DNA of 61,788 nucleotides, filler included, from Dugesia japonica (lineage: Eukaryota): the NCBI GenBank assembly GCA_001938525.1. It is 6 parts of 6 records of this genome, joined end to end, with 100 filler letters (N's around TTAATTAATTAA, not from the genome) between each part and the next. Parts side by side here need not be neighbours in the genome. Positions count along the whole stretch, not along the records: positions 31,033 to 41,858 come from MQRL01458300.1; positions 41,959 to 51,628 come from MQRL01604009.1; positions 51,729 to 61,788 come from MQRL01607579.1; 3 more parts are not named here. One strand, 5' to 3'. Both the position numbers and the translations under genes were made by a program. Within the stretch, counting starts at the first letter, position 1. Each line of letters starts with the position of its first letter. Shown in pieces: positions 40,024 to 51,952 of this stretch. The notes under the pieces are model-generated. The model was not told the origin of the DNA and did no database searches. It was given only the letters and a program-made list of their open reading frames with translations.

Positions 40024-41429
40024 TGTTGGGATGAAACACTCAATCAAAATTGAAGAGGAATATTTACGGGGTAATTGAATTCCCCAACGAGAAAACTCTA
40101 CTATCATCAGGAGAGTCTAGAAAAAGTTTTGAAGATTCAGCCAATAGTAGACCAGAAAATAAAGAAAAAACAAAGGCATGGAAACACGAGGTGTCCTAAA
40201 AATAGGCAGCAATAAAGCAGCTGAAAATCATGAAAATCTTTAGAATCGAATCGGCACCAATAAGAAGTAAAGATGACAAAATAAAAAAAAGCCGACCAAC
40301 TGGAAAGTAGCGGTGATGCACGTGAAAAGCTATATAAGCTCGTCAAAATTAAGTGCAAAAACCAACTAAAAAACTAAAATATTCAAGTTTTAACTACTTT
40401 ATTTTGATCATCAGATTGTTGAAAAGAAAATTCCCGTTCACTTTTGGACAAAAAGAGAATAAATTACCGTAATACCTTAATCATTTTTGACTTGAATTAT
40501 ATCTTATAAAAGGAGAAACTACGTCAATTAACTCGTTATCACATCGTTCAGAGAAAACCGGAAACCAACCTGTTGAAGAAATCCGTAACAAGAATATTTG
40601 AAAGAAATTATTATAATTTTATTTTCGATGCGGTTGATATGTTATGTTATAATAAATATTTAATGGATAAAAGGACTTACCTGATTTAGCTTGCTAAAAG
40701 TAAATGCATTTAAAAAAGAAAAACACATACAATTCATAGTAAATTTTATTCTATTTCTATTAAAATTATTTTAAATTTATTCTATTAAAAATAAACTATT
40801 TAAATTAATTCTTAATTATTTACTTCTTTGTAGTGTCTAGAATTCGCCCACCATCAAGTCTCCGCCGTTGTCACCACCTCATACAAAAATTGTTACGTGA
40901 ACGTCACATCAAGCGACAAAATGAACGTGCTCTCCTGCGTCACCTTACACAGCGGAATCGTCTAATAAAAAAATTAGATAAAAAACAGGGAGAGTTGGCA
41001 GAACACACCAATCAAAACCTGACCTATAAAATTGAATTCTTGCAACAGTATATAGCTGATCTGGCAAACCGCCTTGAACAAGAAAACTGGACCCACTGGA
41101 ACAGCGAGACCTTCAATTTTATGAATGGTGAGCCCACCCAGTAGTTAGACCCTGGTGCTCTAGACTTTATGTGAATAATGAAAAATAAACCTTAATATCA
41201 GTTTATTCTTAATTTGTTTGATAAAGTAATTAATAGGGAAATGATGAACCCAAAATAAAGGTGTACGAGTGAGCACTTCAAGTAAGCGTTGGAAGTCAAC
41301 CACTCTACACCGAAAGCTTAATTAGGGACGCTAGGAAAATTATGGGACGGGTGTACCCTGAGGGGTGTCTTTTACCCCAGCTATACTTTTCACTATCTCC
41401 TTTTACTAGACTCAGGTAAGACCCCAACA
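40024..41429 (+). mobile_element. Solo LTR, family B (internally deleted), 4-bp TSD ATTT
   Basis: TGTTGGGATGAAAC...GACCCCAACA; ATTT at 40020-40023 and 41430-41433. Confidence 0.85.
40833..41144 (+). CDS. Intact coiled-coil terminal exon within the solo LTR
   Basis: TTCTTTGTAG acceptor, 103 open codons, AATAAA near 41184; diverged homolog at 31935-32262. Confidence 0.7.
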   Translation: MSRIRPPSSLRRCHHLIQKLLRERHIKRQNERALLRHLTQRNRLIKKLDKKQGELAEHTNQNLTYKIEFLQQYIADLANRLEQENWTHWNSETFNFMNGEPTQ

Positions 41430-41691
41430 ATTTTATCATGATTCTTCATAAGTAGGTTGCAGAATTAATAATAATTAATTGGGTTTTGTCCCAACACTAA
41501 TATAATATATCATTTATATTATAAATTATATATAATATAATAAATGATATGGATGCAAAAGATACCGGTAATAAGTAAAATTTTAGCTTCAAACTAGTTA
41601 GTTTTGATGTTTTCAATAAGTAATAAATCGTATTTCCCAAATAATTTACGTTCAAAAAAATTAACAAGACAATTTAATAACTCGAATTTAG

Positions 41692-41858
41692 CAAACAATT
41701 CGATGCTTAAGAAAGAAAATCGGAATTTATAGCTTTTCTTGCAGGTGTGACGGTTATTATTGTACTGTTGAAAGATTTCCTGAATCGCATCAATGCACAT
41801 ACAATTATAAAGCAGGGGGTCGAGAGAAAATAACTAAACAAAATCCAAAAATTATTGT
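41692..41858 (+). CDS. AN1-type zinc finger (ZFAND5/6-like) exon, divergent, cut by contig end
   Basis: RCLRKKIGIYSFSCRCDGYYCTVERFPESHQCTYNYKAGGREKITKQNPKII. Confidence 0.75.
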
Positions 41859-41958
41859 NNNNNNNNNNNNNNNNNNNNNNNNNNNNNNNNNNNNNNNNNN
41901 NNTTAATTAATTAANNNNNNNNNNNNNNNNNNNNNNNNNNNNNNNNNNNNNNNNNNNN
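41859..41958. other. Artificial contig spacer
   Basis: 44N-TTAATTAATTAA-44N. Confidence 0.95.
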
Positions 41959-42225
41959 TATATCTGCTAAAAGTTTGCATAATGCAGTAGAAGGAGTGCC
42001 AGAAGCGTTTACAATAGGTCTTCCTTTCATTACTTTTTTGTGATCTTTGGGAACACAGTACATCGAGGATTGAACTGGTTCATGACATTTAACTGATGAA
42101 AGTAGAGATTTTATTGGGTTTTCATATTTTTCTGCTATTTGGATNAATTGTTTGTTGAATTTAATCTCTTCTGTAGTTGGTAGTCTTTTGTAAGCTATTG
42201 TTTCATAATTATTTAAATGATCAGA
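41959..42225 (-). pseudogene. Penelope-like reverse transcriptase fragment
   Basis: MYCVPKDHKKVMKGRPIVNASGTPSTALCKLLADI fits the PLE YxLPKxHK...RPIV motif. Confidence 0.85.
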
Positions 42226-42407
42226 AAAAAATTAATAATTAATTAATAATTAATTAATAATTTAAAAAATTAAAAATTAATAAAAAAATAACAATAATAA
42301 TTTTACAATTGCAATTATTACGAGAATAATTGTTGGACTTAACCATTGATCGTTTTANNNNNNNNNNNNNNNNNNNNNNNNNNNNNNNNNNNNNNNNNNN
42401 NNNNNNN

Positions 42408-42582
42408 TAGATCAAAATTATTGATATTGGATAACAATTCGATATTTCGACCTTGTCTTCGTCAGGAATTGACTTTTCCTGGAAAAGTTATTATCAGGAT
42501 TGACTTATCAGGAAAAGTCAATTCCTGACAAAGACAAGGTCAAAATATCGAATTGTTATCCAATATCAATAATTTTGATCTA
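42408..42582. repeat. 175-bp palindrome (74-bp arms, 2 mismatches, 27-nt spacer); inverted Penelope pseudo-LTRs
   Basis: 42408-42481 is the reverse complement of 42509-42582; followed by (AAT)n. Confidence 0.9.
42435..42471 (-). ncRNA. Minimal hammerhead ribozyme, intact core
   Basis: CAAUUC-CUGACGA-AGACAAGGUC-GAAA-UA-UC-GAAUUG: 6-bp stem I, GAC/GUC stem II, palindromic AUAU stem III. Confidence 0.8.
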
Positions 42583-42597
42583 AGCTTTTATATTAAA

Positions 42598-42640
<43 letters not shown>

Positions 42641-43663
42641 CTAATTAATTAATAACAAATTAAATAAATTTAAAAAGATTAATTACTAAAAAATTATTTC
42701 AAATTAGTATCTCTTTTATTAATTTGGATTTAATAAACAAATATTATTTAGCTGTTTATTAATAATTCTACTAATTATGATAATAGTTTTTATTGTGCAA
42801 CTTTTCATTATATTTAATTTGAATTTTTAGAAGAAATTAAATCGCGAAATTTTAATTAAACATTGTAACGAATTCTATTCATAATAATAACTTTCACACA
42901 CATTTTGAAGACTTAAAATCTATGAATTTGAATAATAATTTCAACTTTCCCATATCTATTCAGTCAAATCAAAAAACAAGGGTCGTCATCAATCGTGAGA
43001 TAATAAGGTCTATTAAATCAATTTTATAAGATTGTGATTCACCATATAAAATTGTCACAGTGTGTATTAGAATTGGTTTGTCAACTGGGTTTAAATGCAA
43101 AAGGTTGGTGCAAGAAAATCACAATATTGCTGATGAAATGTGGCAAATCCTTACAAAGACAGGCTGCTCATCAGATCCTTTAATTTTCAATTTGGTCAAG
43201 GTATTTGAATATTCATAAACCGATGTGTAATTTACTCAAAAGTGTATCTCAAAATAACTTGATGAAGAAGACATTTATGAGTAAGCTTATAATATCAATA
43301 TGTCTACGAAAGTGGGAAATAACAAGGAAAAGATTCCAAAAAATATTAGAAAATATGTTATTTATACACAAACAGAGGTTTTCCATTTCTACTAAGACAA
43401 AAAATTTGATATACAACATCATTTCTTAATTTCTCAATTTTATTTTGTTTAATTTAGAATCTTCTTTATATTGTTTAAACAAATCATTTGGAAATTTTGC
43501 AACAAATATATTTACAATAATTACCTATATTAATAGCAAGGTAAAGTATCACAAGATATAATAAGTAAAAAAAAATTCAATTAATAAACAATCACAAATT
43601 GTTGACAAAAGTAGAAAATTTACAATTATATTCTCAAAGTCTGGGAAATTCAGAATAGTAGGA

Positions 43664-45563
43664 AGTAGGTAGATAGTGGCTCTACGACACGATTTTTGTA
43701 AGTAGTATAAGTGTGTTAAACAAATTTATCGGAACGAGGAGAGTGGTATGTATTGAAAGAAAATTAATTATCTAATTTTTAAATAATTATTTGAAATTTT
43801 TGTGTTGAGTAGGTATGACGTCACAATCTTTTGAAATTTTAATTTTGGTTAAAAATGCTGTGATTTGCTTAAATTGATGAATATATTGAAAGTAATGGCA
43901 TTTTTAAGTATTTTGTCTGGGAAGTGTTTGTTTTCAAATTTTTGAACCGGGAAGAGGGAAGTCTTGTTATTTTTTGGTGGGTTTCATCAAAAAAATATTT
44001 TTTTGAAGGGAAATTCAAAATATTATTTTTACATGGGAAATTTAATTTTTATTTTAGCAGACTTTGATATTTAGCCTATTTGTTTAGGAATTTCCTAATA
44101 ACCATCTATTTACTAAGGAATGTCATTGATCAAAATTAAATTTTCAACAATTAATTAGTCGCTTTAAATGATTTTTACTTACTCAAGGAAACGGTTAATA
44201 TCTCAAAGAAAGTCAATTTTAATTTTTANNNNNNNNNNNNNNNNNNNATCAAAATAATCAAATAATAATAGTAAATGAGTAATAATAATACAATAATAAT
44301 ATTTAATAAATGAATAATATTTCATAAATAAATAATAAACGGTTAAAAAAGAAAGGATTATAATAATAAATGTGTAATAAAAAAAATTGGATAATAATAA
44401 TAATAAAATGATAATCAATGGTTAATAATAATTAATTAAATAAAAAACAATAATCAATAATAAAATTAACTTAATAATAATAAAAAGAAANNNNNNNNNN
44501 NNNNNNNNNNNNNNNNNNNNNNNNNNNNNNNNNNNNNNNNNNNNNNNNNNNNNNNNNNNNNNNNNNNNNNNNNNNNNNNNNNNNNNNNNNNNNNNNNNNN
44601 NNNNNNNNNNNNNNNNNNNNNNNNNNNNNNNNNNNNNNNNNNNNNNNNNNNNNNNNNNNNNNNNNNNNNNNNNNNNNNNNNNNNNNNNNNNNNNNNNNNN
44701 NNNNNNNNNNNNNNNNNNNATACAACAAATCTTCTCAAAAAAGCATCTATTTTACAAAAATACTGTTTTTATATTCATCTAATTCATCATTTTTAGCAAA
44801 ATTAAGTTTTCAAAAAATCATTTATCATACCTTCCCAACAGAAAAATTTCAAATAAATTTTATAAAATTTGATAATTAATTTTCTTTCAACCCATACCAT
44901 TTCCCCTCTCTCGAAAATTTTTTTAACACACTTATACTACTTAGAAACGTCAATCAATCAAATTTGACCACAACCAATCAGAAATTAAAACACAATCGAC
45001 ACCAAAACTTTCCTCATCACACTCTCTTTCCAACAACACATTAACCACCAAAATTCAACAACCCCCTACAAACATACACCCTCCTTAAAACACCCCACGA
45101 TAACTCATACGCCTGTGCCTGTGCGCCACAACACTTCTAAAACAAACCATCCATCCTACCCCATATATCCTTTAAACCATGTATAGACCGAATTTTTTTC
45201 CCACCAGAACCATATTCTTAAACCCCATAAAATAAATTTTCCAAGATCTCCAGACCACACTCGAGTCCAAATTCACTCTTTCACACCCACACATACACAC
45301 GCACAAACTCAACTTGACGAACTTTAAATTAACAAACACATTTTTCTTAACACACACAAATTTTAAAATTTAAAAACACACACACTTTCAAGATCAAAAT
45401 TTTCTGATCTGATCAAGAAAAATGATCCGATTAAACAATTTTTTATCCAAGAAATATTAGAAAGAAAAACTAGCACTAAAATACCAGCCCAATCGTAAGC
45501 GGATTTCGAGCCCCCTCGGAGGTGGGGGTGTAAAATGTGCCCGTGCGCTACTTTTCTTCTACT
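43664..45563. mobile_element. Polinton terminal remnants (left end 43664; degenerate right end near 45563)
   Basis: AGTAGGTAGATAGTGGC start; TAAGTAGTATAAGTGTGTTAA inverted at about 44923-44943; right side has GATC repeats, a GC hairpin and ...CTACT like 26580-26768. No matching TSD. Confidence 0.5.
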
Positions 45564-45569
45564 TTAATA

Positions 45570-45962
45570 AATATAATATGGATGAAACTCCAATGCATGT
45601 AGACATGATGAATTCTAGGACAAACTCATTTAAAGGTAAGAAAAATACAGAATTATTAACAACTGGTCCTCAGAAAACAAGGTTTACGGTAGTATTAATT
45701 CAAGATTCAGATGTGATGAAGTCTATTCAACTCTCTGGTACATCTTCGAATGTTATAAATTTAAATGAAAAGTTTCTATATGACAGACTAAAAGATATAT
45801 TACACTCTTCTAACGTGAGTAACTTAGATTAAATTGACAATATTGATGATGTTTTTTTAAATAATTTAGAACAAACAAATGTTATTAATTAATTTTAATT
45901 TTAGTAAAACCAGNTATTCTTTGAAATATAGACCATAGTCTTATTTTCAAGGAAAACTGGAA
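45570..45962 (+). mobile_element. pogo-type transposase fragment and right TIR
   Basis: NMDETPMHVDM..RT...KGKK...TTGPQKTRFTVVL; GTCTTATTTTCAAGGAAAACTGG end. Confidence 0.75.
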
Positions 45963-46599
45963 AATCAATATCCTGTCTAAGAGTTTGAAAGTGTTTAATG
46001 AACGCTCAAGTATTGAAACAACTTTTGAGAACAAAGACAGTGTTCACAGAAAAAAGAATAGCTAATAAAAATTTTATTTACAACTGATGAAAGATTGAAA
46101 TTTAAAAATCAGTGTTTGACAATGGCATCTCTACAAGAAAGATCAAAAAAGAATAAATAAGAAAATATGAGATTTGGGAACTTTTATTTAATTTGAAAAT
46201 CCTGCCATTTAAATGAGCTTCGGAAACATTGTATCGATTTATAATTAATTTTTAGTAATAAAAATAGTTTTGATAAATAATTTCGTAAAATTATCATTTA
46301 TCAAATCTTGAATCTGAAATAATATATCATAAATTAATTTTAGTTTTGACCAAATTTTAAAATTGAAGTTATTTCTAATTATTTCACGAAAAGATTTTTA
46401 AAAATCAAAAGTTTGATCTACTTTTAAAAGTTTAATAACGCTCACTTATTATAATAATATGTCTCAAGAAATTTTAATCTTTTTAATTGACTGTCCCAAA
46501 TTGACACCAAATTTTAAAGATTGTAATTCAATACTCTAATATCATACTATCAATGTTTCATTTCTATTTGTTTGTTGCATCCTACAGATAGGGTAGTAT

Positions 46600-47168
46600 A
46601 ATAAATATAAGATTTATGGGGTAATTATTTACATAACAACCATGTATTAAATGGTCTATGAGTAGATTATTTACACAGTAAAATAGTATATTTCGGGTTT
46701 TATGAGTATATTATTTGCATAGTTACCTTGTATTATTTACATAGCAACCCTGTATTATAAGTTTTTTGGGTATATTATTTACATATTAACCATGTTATAT
46801 ATAAGAGAGCATGCACAATGCATGCTCTCATCATTTTCATGTCAATTGTAGATAACAAATAAGTTATAAGTCTATAAAAAAATTTTAAGAAAATATTTTT
46901 ATGATTGTATATGATTAATGAGTGTATTATTTGCATTGTGATCTTGTTTTATTTAAATAGCAAGCATCTTTTATTTACATAATTACTTTGTATTATTTAC
47001 ATAGAAACCATGAAATATAAGGTTTATGAAATATAAGACTTACGAGGGAAATATTTACATAACAAACGTGTAATATAAGGTTAATGAAGGTACTTTTTAC
47101 ATATTAAAAATGTAATATAAAGTCTATGAGTATATTATTTACATATTAGCAGTGTAATATAATGTTTA
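46600..47168 (+). repeat. ~40-bp (2x20) degenerate minisatellite TATTATTTACATAGCAACCATGTAATATAAGGTTTATGAG
   Basis: More than ten recurrences of TATTTACATA-like cores. Confidence 0.8.
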
Positions 47169-47439
47169 NNNNNNNNNNNNNNNNNNNNNNNNNNNNNNNN
47201 NNNNNNNNNNNNNNNNNNNNNNNNAAAGACTCCATTCTTTGAAGTTTTTTGATAGATATATTTTATCATGTAAATATCACAAAGACTCTCCTCTTTGGTT
47301 ATTTTTTATACACTGAAAATCACATGCTTGGGAATATTTATTAATAAATGCAATAGGTATGGAACTCAGATGCTACAAGAATGCAACACACAAACACTGA
47401 AAATTGCATGTCTATAAATTTTATACAGTCTCATTCCTT

Positions 47440-47692
47440 GCAAAATACCAAGACTGTCCCATTTAAAGCAAAAATATTTTAAAAAAAATCAAAAATGCCT
47501 CAATCTCTGAAAAATATCAAGACTGTTCCTTTTCTTGTAATAATATCTTACAAATATCAAGACTGCCCCATGGAAAATATAGAGACTCGTCCATGCAAAA
47601 TATCAAGTCTGCCCCAGTACATACTAAATATAGAAACTGTCCCATACAAAATATTCAGACTGTCTCATACCATGATAAATATAGAAACTCCG
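47440..47692 (+). repeat. ~21-23-bp minisatellite AAAATATCAAGACTGTCCCAT
   Basis: About nine imperfect units; accounts for ORF 47495-47773. Confidence 0.75.
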
Positions 47693-48127
47693 ATGCTATT
47701 GTTAACAATAAAGAAAAAAAAGTTCTTTAAACTTTTACCAGTAAAGACAAATATCAAAATAATAAGGAAATAGTTATACAATTAAGGAACAAAAATATGA
47801 TATACTTTAGTAGTGATATTAAATTCTATCATTTTATCATTTGATACTTTAAAAAATTCGGAAAGATTTCTGTACGACAGAGCTTAAGTAACACAATCGG
47901 GTAATATTGTAAATCTTGATATTAGTAAACATATTGAAGATAAAACTTTTACTGTTCGATTTCATAAATAAATAACAAATAAATATTAAATATTATTATG
48001 CGATTGTAACTAAACGTTATTTTAAATTTGAAACCAATTTGTATATAAAGGATTTAAATCAACTAAATGAATATATTAAAAAACACCTTTCAATGTTATT
48101 TAAAACGTTTCATTAAAACAAGATGAT

Positions 48128-48670
48128 CTATGTCATCAGTGCAAATGCAAAATTCATTCCAGAAATTTCAAAGAAATTTAGAAGTTCTAGGTTATTATGA
48201 GTAACATATTTATCACAAAACTGTTGGTAAAAATCTTCTAATAGAAAAACATTAAGTTTCAAGTAAACTAAGTTGTAATCCAGCAAAAACTTGCGATTTG
48301 TTGATTTAAATTTTTCTGCACCTTTTTTGTATGCATCTTCATTAACATTTTCCCATACTGCTGGTATAGTTTTTGTAGATTGTAACACATCAGGATGGGT
48401 TGCAAAATTATAGAAAAATATTGCTTTTGATTTAATAAACGTTGACTTAAATTCAATCAATGCTGATACTGCCTTTTCCAATAAAACTGTAAAAAATTTA
48501 TAAGAATTAATAAATTTTACCGGAACTTCTTTTAACTAATCCTAGTGTATTTAGTTGAGAAAATTCTTTACGTAATACTATGCAACAAATTAAGTGGATA
48601 TGTTTTTCATGGCCTTTAGTTGGCAGACGTTTTGCGTAATATTTCATAATTGAGTTAAGTGGCTCAAAAA
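48128..48670 (-). CDS. Two-exon coding fragment joined by a 34-nt intron (48488-48521), unknown protein
   Basis: ...MKYYAKRLPTKGHEKHIHLICC...KRSS|VLLEKAVSAL... is in frame after removing GTAAAA...TTTTACAG. Confidence 0.4.
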
Positions 48671-51333
48671 TTTATATTCATTTACTTACAATTTTCATAC
48701 AAGTTTTGCGAAATCGGTCAAATGAATTTTTGGTTCGGGTTCATGAATTTTTGATCGGTTTTGGTCAATTCAGTCAAAGTGTTGCTCGTAATAGTCGATT
48801 TCGGTCAAATCTTGGTTGAATTTGATCAGGATTATTTTCATAATTNNNNNNNNNNNNNNNNNNNNNNNNNNNNNNNNNNTCGGAGTAGTTAAATTTAAAT
48901 TATTTTGTCATGAAAAAGTAATCAATTTTGTTTTTTGGTTTTGGTGGAATTGTGAGCAAAGTTCACCCAAAATAGACCCAATTCGACCAATCCGAGAAAA
49001 TTTCTTACAACATTATCCCGAAACTAACAAATTCCGCACAAAAAACAACTAAAATTGACCTCACATAGAAAAATATTGACCTAATTCGATAAAATATCTA
49101 CAATATTCAACGACATTCGTTATAATACTGTTCTAAATTAAGATTTAAATTAATTTCATGAAAAATTGTATTGACTTCATTAATCTTTCTCTACATTTGG
49201 TTTAACTGGACCATCATGTTTTTATTATTCTTAATCTAATTCAAATGATAATAATAATCATTTAAAATATCCTTATTTATTTTTGTATTTTAAAATTATG
49301 ACGAAATAAAATATGTTCTTCGTTTATATAAAAGAAAAGATTAGATAATGAATTCACATGCTTTTACATTTTAACGATAAAACAAAAATTGTATTAATTT
49401 GTATTATTATTATCGTTATTATTGTTAATTTTATTATTTAAATTCTCTTCAGTGATATTGACCTTATCAAATACACCATCAATAAATAACAAAATAAATA
49501 ACACACGTTTTTCTACAACAAATCTATTTAATACAATTTCAACTGTAATTATGATTTCTCAGCTAACATATTGATCTATCAACTACAGTAAGAAATGTTG
49601 TCTACAAGTTGTTGCAAATGAATCTTGATATCAAATTAATTTGTTCAAAACAGGCTTTATTAATCCCGATAGATGCGAGACCAACATTGAGATCAAAACA
49701 TCCAAATTAATCAAATACCAGTATATTTTNNNNNNNNNNNNNNNNNNNNNNNNNNNNNNNNNNNNNNNNNNNNNNNNNNTTGAGTATTGATAATTATGAC
49801 TTTATTCATTTGAATAAATGGAAGCTTGTCAAACGAATACACACCAAGAAACTATGATTCTTGGTTACTCTTGAAAAAACTGCCGTTTGCATACCAATTC
49901 CTATTTAATAACCTGTCAGTATCGATGATGCAACTCAAACTGGTCTAACCATCAACTATTCTAATTTAATTTAAAATTATATTAAAGATAAGATTGCAAT
50001 GTTATTATCCCTCGGTGAAATATTGAAATATTTATATCAATCATAGATTTTTTTGTNNNNNNNNNNNNNNNNNNNNNNNNNNNNNNNNNNNNNNNNNNNN
50101 NNNNNNNNNNNNNNNNNNNNNNNNNNNNNNNNNNNNNNNNNNNNNNNNNNNNNNNNNNNNNNNNNNNNNNNNNNNNNNNNNNNNNNNNNNNNNNNNNNNN
50201 NNNNNNNNNNNNNNTTTTACACTTGTTTCTTGGGTTTTTTCTGCCTCCTATAAGATTTGATGTTTTTATGTGATGATATTCTCGATATGCTTGAGATACT
50301 TTTAATTTTTTCTAAAAAATATTTTGTCAGAAAGGATTCCGTGGTCATTCTGAGTTAAAAGTGTAAAATTATTCATGTGTAAAAAATTTGAAATATTTGA
50401 ATAATTTAAAAAATTTGGTTATTTTGAACAAAAATAGGTTTTTACGTTGAATTTCTGTTTCTCATAAATTCATTTTTTAAATTTAATACTTTTAGAATTC
50501 AAAACTTTTTTCAAATAATTTAAATAATTAATTTTCTTTAAGTATTAATTCATAATTCCAAGAAAAAATATGTAACTCTAAATTATTTTGTTTTACATAT
50601 TTAAATTCATGTATGTAAACTAGATTACTAAGTTCTATGGAAATTAAATTAAATTTAATTGACGGGTTAGTAACTAACCGTTAGTTATTTGCTTTAAAAA
50701 AATCTCACAATAAAAAAATTATTAAAATACTCAATTTAAAAAAATTAATTAAAAATTAAATTAAAAATAAAATAAAATAATACTTAATGTCTTTTAACTA
50801 AAACAACTTTAATTATTTTTTATTTCATTTCATAAATTAATATTTTTAAAAAAAATTATTATTTAATTTTCTACTATATAAAATTTGAAAATTAAATTTC
50901 TACAATTTCCACTAAAAACATTCCATTAAAAATACTGTTCATACCGACTGATTCTATTAAAAAATACAAAGATTATCATATTTAATTTCGATAATTCTAC
51001 ATAAAAGAGAAAATCATTTTGTTAATAAAAGCTTTTTAAAAGCATTAAAATTATTTGAAACAGTCTATGTATCAAATAACCTTAGATCATAATTCTCTAA
51101 AAAGGCAAACGAAAGAAGAATACGATTAAAAATCCTATTGATGAAATAAAGAAACAGATTTATTTTCCACTTAATATTTGAGAATGGGATTTAATATTTC
51201 CAAAATACTCCTACGAATCACTGTTATTTTATTATGAAAAATTTTAAATATAGAAGAAATAATACTTTACAAGACCGATAAATTCATTAAAATAAAAACT
51301 TTGATTGGATTTCTTTTGTTTTTTATTAAATTT

Positions 51334-51368
51334 AATTCAAACTTTCGACTTAGTCTTCGTCAGAAATT
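51334..51368 (-). ncRNA. Minimal hammerhead ribozyme, same family as 42435-42471
   Basis: AAUUU-CUGACGA-AGACUAAGUC-GAAA-GU-UU-GAAUU. Confidence 0.65.
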
Positions 51369-51628
51369 GACTTTTTTGATTTTCCAAGATTTGTTTTTGG
51401 AAAAAAATTTTTGAATTAATTTAATTTACTGAATTTTTATTGGTTTATGTTTGTTTTTAAAATTTTAATTATATAATTTTTATAAATTACATTGCTTTTA
51501 GGATTATGTTCTGTAATTAGTAATTCTTCATGTTTTTAGCTATTTAATGTGGAAATGTAACCTGTTCCTAATGTTTTTCATGTTATGTATTTACAACACT
51601 AAGAACTGGCTAAATTTACACTCTTCAT

Positions 51629-51728
51629 NNNNNNNNNNNNNNNNNNNNNNNNNNNNNNNNNNNNNNNNNNNNTTAATTAATTAANNNNNNNNNNNNNNNN
51701 NNNNNNNNNNNNNNNNNNNNNNNNNNNN
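51629..51728. other. Artificial contig spacer
   Basis: 44N-TTAATTAATTAA-44N. Confidence 0.95.
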
Positions 51729-51952
51729 TTCTAAAATTTATTAACTAATATATTTAAACATAAAATCAATTTTATTTACATTTATAAAAACGTTTTTAGT
51801 TCTTCAATAATAATAACAAAATGAATAATTTTTTTCTCATTACTTTTCTGCGCTCTTAATAATAATAAATTAAANNNNNNNNNNNNNNNNNNNNNNNNNN
51901 NNNNNNNNNNNNNNNNNNNNNNNNNNNNNNNNNNNNNNNNNNNNNNNNNNNN

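Noticed and set aside
42830-43430. Decayed coding-like sequence (also 49560-49960 and 50900-51300)
   Set aside because: Many stops and no recognisable motif; cannot be assigned without a database search.
45500-45563. Helitron 3' end (GC hairpin)
   Set aside because: No CTRR|T terminus at the expected distance; better explained as a Polinton-like end.
46084-46110. CTGATGA...GAAA hammerhead candidate
   Set aside because: No complementary stem I or stem II.
11183-51728. Regularly spaced TTAATTAATTAA palindromes as a biological repeat
   Set aside because: Always centred in exactly 44+44 Ns. It is an assembly linker, so adjacency across it is meaningless.
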